The position numbers and the translations under genes were made by a program. Under the pieces are notes generated by a model. The model was given only the letters and a program-made list of their open reading frames with translations, was not told the DNA's origin and did not search any database. From positions 32,001 to 96,000 of IMG/VR virus record IMGVR_UViG_3300002131_000090: a DNA stretch of 64,000 nucleotides. One strand, given 5' to 3'. Origin of the DNA: a virus. Below are positions 57,544 to 64,000 of the stretch, piece after piece. The stretch's first letter is position 1. Each line of letters opens with the position of its first letter.

Positions 57544-58565
57544 TGTAGACTTAATATGTGATTATGTAAATATTTAGCAAACAAATCATGTGCTTTTTCT
57601 CCAGGGTGAGCACACGGTGTAATCCATCCATTTGGAGACCTGTTTCCTAAAAATTGGAAATAGTAATCAGTCCTATCTTCTACATCAGGTTCTTGCGATA
57701 ATGCTAATTCTGCAAAAGTTTTCTTGTTAGCAGGAGAAAACATCAATCTCCAAGGAAACTGATTTAATAACTTTCTACTGTGCTTAGGATCCCACGACGG
57801 CTTTAACTCTACAGGTATTGTATTATTGTAGTCGTCTGCTCTTCTTACATCTTGTTTTAATATGTATTCAAAATAGTCTTTGTCGTACCTTTTATCAAAC
57901 CCAGGAGTGATAATTAACTTAGCATTATTGTGTGCTGTACACCACGATAATAATTCTTGAACATGTCCAATTTGTTCAAGAACTCCAAACTTTTCGCTCC
58001 ATAAATTTTTTCCGTAACCTTCCCAAAGAGTTCTTCTGTCAGACGGTTCCATACTTTCGTAATGAGGCCACATACAAACCCATCTAAAATGATCGTCGCA
58101 TGTATCGTTAATAAAGTCAAATCTTTCAAGGCCGCTTGGCATGTATACTACAATAACTTCTTTTGCAAGACTCCACCTAATATCAGGATGAAAATAAAGT
58201 TCTTTAATCGAGCCGCGATTGCCGCAGCCTCTAAGTCCGAGATTTATTGGAGTATATGTATGATTAAAGTATCTGTTACATAGTATATTTACAAATGAAT
58301 TTGCATATTCTAAAAAGGTAAAATCAATGCTGCCGTCTTTTGCCCTTTTTGTAGCGGGATATTGTTTTAATATTCGTTTAACGTCTTTATCCGTTAGCGT
58401 AGGTTTTAACGATGCTCCTTCGCCTTTGTATTCCCATTCAAAGTTATCATACAAGGTATCGTTAATTGCACCCTGTCCTTGTACAAAGGAACACCCGATT
58501 GATATTATTGCTTTACCTGTTTTTTTTAAACTATCGTTTATTTCTTCGACTTGAGAATTGTACAT
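57540..58565 (-). CDS. SGNH/GDSL-like protein
   Basis: GCSFVQG, NLG..GCGN, HPGEKAH. Confidence 0.7.
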   Translation of the reverse strand: MYNSQVEEINDSLKKTGKAIISIGCSFVQGQGAINDTLYDNFEWEYKGEGASLKPTLTDKDVKRILKQYPATKRAKDGSIDFTFLEYANSFVNILCNRYFNHTYTPINLGLRGCGNRGSIKELYFHPDIRWSLAKEVIVVYMPSGLERFDFINDTCDDHFRWVCMWPHYESMEPSDRRTLWEGYGKNLWSEKFGVLEQIGHVQELLSWCTAHNNAKLIITPGFDKRYDKDYFEYILKQDVRRADDYNNTIPVELKPSWDPKHSRKLLNQFPWRLMFSPANKKTFAELALSQEPDVEDRTDYYFQFLGNRSPNGWITPCAHPGEKAHDLFAKYLHNHILSLQ

Positions 58566-59877
58566 CGTTTTCCTTAAAATGATTTGTCAACATGTTAACT
58601 GCAGGACTGACAGTTACTCTAGTATTTAACAAGGTATTACTATTGTGAATTAATATTGATTTTAGTCCTTTAAATAACTCAAACTTTTCATCGTTGTTCA
58701 TAGCGTTCAAACGTTTTAATTCTGTAATTATTGCATACAAACGATCCCATGTTTCTAGTTCATCATATGCTTCGTTTATAAAAGGATGAAATGTTTTGTA
58801 ACCAAGTTCCTTAAGGTGTTTTAACGAATGTCGATTTCCAAACATAATAAAAGGATGATTACATGCTATTGTTTTAAATGTTTTTTCACTTAAAAAACAA
58901 GTATTTGTATTGTCACTGTAGTGTGCTTCGCTGATTACACTTAACCAAGTGTCTAGTGTAATTTGTTCGTTAAAGTTAGTTAAGTAATTTCCACAATCGC
59001 TGTCTGCAAACCCTTCTACATTTTCTGCATTAGGAGGGGTCATAGGCATCAATGGCAACAACTTTTTATAAAGATCGTGCCCAACTTCTTTTCCGTCCAT
59101 ATGAGAATAAAGTTGTGCAAAATGATTCATACTATTAATATTGTTGTTTAGCAAGTCTGCATTATATAGACAACTAAAGAGATGCGCCCTGTGATTTCTT
59201 GGTCTTTTTTGTAAACAATTAAAAGTTTTAATATTTGCTAAGTTGCTTTCTTTATATCTTTTTTGCTGTTTAAAAGAAGGCACCCCTTGACGATATGCTA
59301 TTTCAGCCATTGATGATTCAAAGTGCGGATATGGTATAACTAAGATACGGCTACTGTGTACATGTATAGTTGCCCATTCGTCATATTGCTCTTTACTTGC
59401 CATGTTTCCAGTGACATATATTACTTGCTTAGGATCAATTTTATATTCTGTACACTGATCATGAAACCATTGCCATTGCCATGTTTCTTGATAACCTTCA
59501 TGTGATTGATCTAATAATAAAAATGCCTTTCCAGATTGTAAGTCTTCTAAATAGATTGGATTTAACCAATAAAACACCGACTGCTGGTTCATTGAAAATG
59601 CTTTGCTGTTTGAATAATTTTTAAAGCCGCCGGACCAGTTATCCGGAGAATGTGCAACTCCTGATGAAAGAATATAGTTAAATCCTTTAGACGGTCTATT
59701 TTTTGAAACTACTATATCATCTAGCAACCCATCTACGTCTTGCCCTAATCTTATAAGATGTAATAATAAAGGAGTGGCTGTAAATCTTTTTATGCCAGAG
59801 CTATTAGTATCACCGCATTTTACAAAATTTAAAAATACGTTTGTTTTTTCTTCTATTTCTTCAAACATAAAATACAT
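58531..59877 (-). CDS. Putative glycosyltransferase-like protein
   Basis: R.HR, ISE, LSEKTFK..ACNHPFI, LGYKTFHPFINEAYD. Confidence 0.5.
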   Translation of the reverse strand: MYFMFEEIEEKTNVFLNFVKCGDTNSSGIKRFTATPLLLHLIRLGQDVDGLLDDIVVSKNRPSKGFNYILSSGVAHSPDNWSGGFKNYSNSKAFSMNQQSVFYWLNPIYLEDLQSGKAFLLLDQSHEGYQETWQWQWFHDQCTEYKIDPKQVIYVTGNMASKEQYDEWATIHVHSSRILVIPYPHFESSMAEIAYRQGVPSFKQQKRYKESNLANIKTFNCLQKRPRNHRAHLFSCLYNADLLNNNINSMNHFAQLYSHMDGKEVGHDLYKKLLPLMPMTPPNAENVEGFADSDCGNYLTNFNEQITLDTWLSVISEAHYSDNTNTCFLSEKTFKTIACNHPFIMFGNRHSLKHLKELGYKTFHPFINEAYDELETWDRLYAIITELKRLNAMNNDEKFELFKGLKSILIHNSNTLLNTRVTVSPAVNMLTNHFKENDVQFSSRRNKR

Positions 59878-60879
59878 TTAAATTAATCTTTCCTTCCAGG
59901 TTCTTGGAGTTTTAGAGTTTACTATTTCTAAAGGAAACGTATAATCAAACGGTTTGGTGCCGCGCTTTTTGATATAATCGATTGTACGTTCAACTGCTGT
60001 TTCTAAATCTGTTGTTGTTTTATAGTTTAATACTTGTCTTGCTTTGTCTGCACTACATGTTGCATGTTTAACTTCTTGTGGTCTGTCATCTACATGTATC
60101 GGTTGTAAGTTACAACCGGTTTTGTTAGCTATTAAATTTGCCAAATCTTTAACTGTAATTGTTCCTTCATCTGGTCCGATGTTTATTATTTGTCCTACAA
60201 TATCGTTGTCTAATATAAGTTTTTCAAGACACTGTATACAATCGTCTACATAACTAAAGCATCGTGTTTGTAAACCATCGCCATATATAATAGCAGGCTT
60301 ACCTTGTAAATTTCTGTTTATCATAATGCTCATTACGTTTCTAAACGGATCGTCATAGCGTTGTCTTGGCCCTACAATGTTGTGAGGTACTGCTATATTC
60401 CATTCCATTCCGTGCGTATCACTTAGCATACGCAATGTATCTTCGCCTGCTACTTTTGCAATGCCATATGGATCTACAGGCATAGGCTTCATATCTTCGG
60501 TAAACGGAGTTTGTTGATTTCCATAACGTGCCATACTAGAGCAATATACAAAGCGTCTTACTTTATTTTCTAATGCTGCACTAATTGTAGAGACTGTTGC
60601 TTGAAACACGTTTTTAGTAATAAAGTCGGGGCTTACTACACTTAGACCTTCGTGTGCTGTTGCAGCAGTATGTATTACAACATCGACATTTTTCATTATG
60701 TCTGCCATACGTTCTCTGTTGCAGCAATCTACTTTGTAAAGTGTTGCTTTATGATTTACGTTATCTTCATACCCACCAATTAAGGTATCATTACCTAATA
60801 CGTCGTGTCCTAAATTAATCATTCGATCGGCTAAATGGCTTCCTAGAAAGCCTGCTATACCTGTTATAAAAATTCGCAT
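59878..60879 (-). CDS. NAD-dependent NDP-sugar epimerase/dehydratase (extended SDR)
   Basis: [31 protein letters not shown]. Confidence 0.92.
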   Translation of the reverse strand: MRIFITGIAGFLGSHLADRMINLGHDVLGNDTLIGGYEDNVNHKATLYKVDCCNRERMADIMKNVDVVIHTAATAHEGLSVVSPDFITKNVFQATVSTISAALENKVRRFVYCSSMARYGNQQTPFTEDMKPMPVDPYGIAKVAGEDTLRMLSDTHGMEWNIAVPHNIVGPRQRYDDPFRNVMSIMINRNLQGKPAIIYGDGLQTRCFSYVDDCIQCLEKLILDNDIVGQIINIGPDEGTITVKDLANLIANKTGCNLQPIHVDDRPQEVKHATCSADKARQVLNYKTTTDLETAVERTIDYIKKRGTKPFDYTFPLEIVNSKTPRTWKERLI

Positions 60880-61568
60880 ATTCTCTCCGCAAAATAACTA
60901 TGTGCTGTTTCTGAAGGATGGAATCTAGGCATAATCCATCCGTTAAGTTCAGGAAACTTTTTATCTGTAAAATGCATTTCCATCATGGAAAGCTCTGCTG
61001 TTGAGCCTGCTTGTTTTACTGTCCAATCAAAGAAGTTAGAACATCCGTCAATAGTTAAAAATCTATCCCATTCAACTGAATTAACAAAGTTACTATTAAT
61101 AATTTTATAGAAATATTCTTTATTATATTCTCGTGTAAATGCAGGAAACATAATAAGGTTATGTCCATTAGCTTTACAAAAATTTTGAATATTAACAATG
61201 CTTACAATTGCATTTAAAACTTCTGTTTTTGCCGAAACAAAAAAAGACAAAGCCTTTTCAAGATTTACAAGTTCAACAGAACCAATGTTAACAGGTGAAG
61301 TATGCGGAAAGACATGCTCAAAGCCGTTGCCGTCGCGTCTAAATAAGTCAACTCTGTTCATACCAGTCGGCATAAAAATTACTGTAGAATTACTAGGAAT
61401 GTCTGCCATTAGTACTCGCGTTACTGCACCTGCATTACCGGATGATTCTTCTCCCAAGTTAATACCGCCAAGGCAATCTATAAAGGACTTGCCTTTTTCA
61501 ATTTCTGCACCTTGCACAAAAGAACACCCAGTGCCGATAATTATTTTATTAAGTTTACGTTTTTTCAT
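60864..61568 (-). CDS. SGNH/GDSL-like protein
   Basis: GCSFVQG, NLG..SSGN, HPSETAH. Confidence 0.7.
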   Translation of the reverse strand: MKKRKLNKIIIGTGCSFVQGAEIEKGKSFIDCLGGINLGEESSGNAGAVTRVLMADIPSNSTVIFMPTGMNRVDLFRRDGNGFEHVFPHTSPVNIGSVELVNLEKALSFFVSAKTEVLNAIVSIVNIQNFCKANGHNLIMFPAFTREYNKEYFYKIINSNFVNSVEWDRFLTIDGCSNFFDWTVKQAGSTAELSMMEMHFTDKKFPELNGWIMPRFHPSETAHSYFAERICEFL

Positions 61569-61577
61569 ATTGCGTTT

Positions 61578-62264
61578 TTAATGTATATCTAAAAATTCTT
61601 TTAACTGCGGATACATATAATTATTACAATATCTCATGTATGCTTCAAGTCTTGGGTGGTTGCCGTCTTTAAAAAACGGTAATTTATTTTTACGACACCA
61701 ATCAACAATAGGGTTGTTAAAGATGTTAACATTATGTTTAGATAAATGTTCTTCAAATATTATTTTTTGATCGGTTGTAATTACAGTATCCCAGCCATAC
61801 ACTACAAATGTATTAGGTGTCATCTTTTTAGCAGAGATTATGTAAAATAAAAGATCCTCAAGATGCTGTTCAACATCCATTAGATCTCCGCCGGTTTCTT
61901 TTTGAGAAAAATATGAATGAGATAAGAAATCAATTCTTTCTTTTTTATCAAAAATATTTATAGACTTTATAACAGTTGAAGCAAGAGCATTTTTATTTTC
62001 ATTTTTTTGCTGTTTAATAAAAAAAGGAGTCATTGGTTTTCTTAAATAACTACGTTCTGACCCAGTTATTTGCCATATAACTATATCGTTAGTAGTAATA
62101 GGAGTATTAAACATTAGTTCTTGAAATCGACGTTGCTGTAAACCATTGGAACTTGAAGATTGGGCAAGATTTATTAATGGAATTTTCATAGATTCCGAAA
62201 GACACCTTGCCCATCCCACGTGATGTGTAATACTGCAACCTAATGTTATTAATCTATCATACAT
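61578..62264 (-). CDS. SGNH/GDSL-like protein
   Basis: GCSIT, NLA..SSSN, DGNHP. Confidence 0.7.
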   Translation of the reverse strand: MYDRLITLGCSITHHVGWARCLSESMKIPLINLAQSSSSNGLQQRRFQELMFNTPITTNDIVIWQITGSERSYLRKPMTPFFIKQQKNENKNALASTVIKSINIFDKKERIDFLSHSYFSQKETGGDLMDVEQHLEDLLFYIISAKKMTPNTFVVYGWDTVITTDQKIIFEEHLSKHNVNIFNNPIVDWCRKNKLPFFKDGNHPRLEAYMRYCNNYMYPQLKEFLDIH

Positions 62265-63621
62265 AACTTTTGCATAAATTCCAAAATTCTGTCATTTCAG
62301 GAAATGTTTCTAATAAGTTTGTATTCCTTCTACGATCATATTCAGTAAACCAATTGTAAAAATCTTTTCTACCTTCGGTTATTTTATGGTCATCGTATTT
62401 TACAGTGGCAAAATAATTTCTTACTCTGCGAAATCTTTCATATTCTAGGTCACTAAACTTAGTTGTATCGTTGTCATCTTTGTTATCTTTGATAAATTGT
62501 AAGATGTTATCAAAGTAAGGAAGGAATTCTTCCTTAGGAAGTATGTGCATATCGTACTGCAAGGGTTCTTTAAGATAAGGAGTGTCAAATCTAATTCTAC
62601 GTCTCTTTGGATCGTGATACTGTTTTCTCCATTCAAGAACTTTTTCTAAAAAGTCAGTAAAACTAGTGACACTTAAAATGTTAAATGTACACATTACTGT
62701 CAGGTCGGCGCCAGTAATATCGAGGTAATTCTTCATATTACTTTCCCACAACTCTACGTTTAAACCAGTACGCAGGTATTCTGCACGTTTGCTGAATGTA
62801 TCTATACTGGTATACAATTTAAACTTGTTGATTGTATTCGTATCTAGAAGTTCTTTTACGTTGTTAGATAATTTTGTAACTAATCGCGGAGTTACTCCGA
62901 GGTTGCTGTTTAAGTTAAGTTCAAGATTAGGTCTTGGCTCTTCTCTGAGTCTATCAAACAAATTCCAAGTGCTTTTGTGCATAAGTGGCTCGCCGCCGGT
63001 AATGCGTAAAATGTTTAATGTTTTACTTAGCTCGGGCCACCATTCCCACCATGCTTTAATATAAGGATTGTCATCTTCGGGAATTGGAGTAAACCAATCT
63101 ACGTCAAGTGCGTGATTTTTTACAGTAGTATAAGGTCCAAACTTTTTAATTTCAGCATGAAAACTACTACTTGCCATTGGGTGACAATATCCACATTTGA
63201 AATTACATTCATTACTAAATGCAATTTCAACGTATTCAGGATTAACATTAAAATCCCAAGGGTTATCAAGAATTTCTTTTATACGTTCTGGCTTATAGAT
63301 ACTTTCATTACGAATCATTCTATCTGATATATGATCAGTACCTAGCGATTCGACATTCCAACAGTACTTACACCCTGCAGGCTTTTCTCCAATTAACATT
63401 TTTGCACGTTCTTTTTTCTTAATAAGCGTATTATGCAATGCACTTGGATTGTTTTTTATTTCAGCTAAATCAATTGCATGTGGAGCAGGATGATAACAAC
63501 TGTGCGTTTGCCCGGTATGCAAATATATTGTAGTATGATGCCACTTTGCCAAACAGAATGTTGGGCTTATTTCGTCCATTTCAAATGTACGATTTTTTAT
63601 GTTTTCTGTTTCAGATGTCAT
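62257..63621 (-). CDS. Radical SAM enzyme with an N-terminal twitch-like domain
   Basis: FCLAKW..HSCYHP..CKYC; CNFKCGYC; GGEP. Confidence 0.9.
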   Translation of the reverse strand: MTSETENIKNRTFEMDEISPTFCLAKWHHTTIYLHTGQTHSCYHPAPHAIDLAEIKNNPSALHNTLIKKKERAKMLIGEKPAGCKYCWNVESLGTDHISDRMIRNESIYKPERIKEILDNPWDFNVNPEYVEIAFSNECNFKCGYCHPMASSSFHAEIKKFGPYTTVKNHALDVDWFTPIPEDDNPYIKAWWEWWPELSKTLNILRITGGEPLMHKSTWNLFDRLREEPRPNLELNLNSNLGVTPRLVTKLSNNVKELLDTNTINKFKLYTSIDTFSKRAEYLRTGLNVELWESNMKNYLDITGADLTVMCTFNILSVTSFTDFLEKVLEWRKQYHDPKRRRIRFDTPYLKEPLQYDMHILPKEEFLPYFDNILQFIKDNKDDNDTTKFSDLEYERFRRVRNYFATVKYDDHKITEGRKDFYNWFTEYDRRRNTNLLETFPEMTEFWNLCKSYV

Positions 63622-64000
63622 GTTTCGATATCAATGAATTGCTGCTCAGAGTTTCTTGCTGGATTTTGATAAACTGTTTTAAAGAATTTACTGCCGCCGG
63701 CGTCTAACGGCATAACACCTATTGGGAGATCGAGTTCGTGTTTAAGAGTTTCACCAATTGATTCTATTTCGTCAATAAGATTTTCCTCGGTTACTTCCAT
63801 ATTATTCCACATGTTGTTAAGATACTCAAAGTCACGAACGTTGATATAATCCCAATCTGTACACATAGTTTTATACAAACCTTCACGAGCTCCGTAGATA
63901 GCCCATAATCCATTTTCAACATCGGCACCAATCATAAGCCAAATATATAAACGATGCAAGTTTTTCCAATGATTCTTTTTAAATTCATCATAGGATACCT
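63618..64000 (-). CDS. Partial gene (5' part outside the window), C-terminus resembling the GT-like 51787-53130
   Basis: RLYIWLMIG...WAIYGAREG...DFEYL parallels RLNTWCTLG...LAISGANFG...DFDWL. Confidence 0.55.
   Translation of the reverse strand, partial: VSYDEFKKNHWKNLHRLYIWLMIGADVENGLWAIYGAREGLYKTMCTDWDYINVRDFEYLNNMWNNMEVTEENLIDEIESIGETLKHELDLPIGVMPLDAGGSKFFKTVYQNPARNSEQQFIDIET

Noticed and set aside
43529-62310. 19-nt exact match TCATTTCAGGAAATGTTTC at about 43529 and about 62292
   Set aside because: Both lie inside paralogous rSAM C-termini (ETFPEM); this is explained by protein motif conservation, not an orphan remnant.
1-64000. Alternative genetic code, tRNAs, CRISPR arrays, introns/inteins, and the many short antisense ORFs in the track
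   Set aside because: Genes are full length in the standard code and TAA, TGA and TAG all serve as stops. No cloverleaf, repeat-spacer array or splicing motif was seen. The short antisense or nested ORFs overlap well-supported genes and lack motifs.

Overview
This AT-rich, densely packed window comes from a large tailed (T4-like or jumbo-type) bacteriophage using the standard genetic code; I saw no tRNA, rRNA, CRISPR array or transposase. The plus strand from 1 to 21.9 kb carries a phosphoribosyltransferase, folE, queE, metK, a methyltransferase/Na+:solute symporter/sulfotransferase-like/oxygenase cassette, a 5'-3' exonuclease (T4 RNase H-like), a MoxR ATPase + vWA/metallopeptidase pair, conserved hypotheticals, an Mtd-N tail-fibre-like protein and a multi-domain subtilase. 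From about 20.5 to 64 kb, almost all on the minus strand, lies a tailoring-enzyme island of about 43 kb. It holds 14 radical SAM genes (3 with B12-binding-type architecture, 9 with an N-terminal Cys-rich twitch-like domain, 2 with a C-terminal SPASM/twitch domain), 2 amidinotransferases, 3 PLP enzymes, about 6 2OG-Fe(II)/cupin oxygenases, 4 SGNH-like proteins, glycosyltransferase-like proteins, an NDP-sugar epimerase, methyl-, acetyl- and sulfotransferases, an aldehyde dehydrogenase and a nitroreductase-like protein. The main structure read directly from the sequence is a recurring scar. At four independent sites a cassette of 1-4 genes is translationally coupled to the stop codon of an anchor gene, and a diverged orphan copy of that anchor gene's 3' end (27-105 bp) follows the cassette. 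This points to a 3'-end-replacement mode of cassette acquisition that builds the island. Other features are an RBS-sequestering hairpin containing a late-type promoter in front of the tail-fibre gene, and three sigma70 promoters positioned to give leaderless mRNAs. All product calls are motif-based, and no database search was possible.
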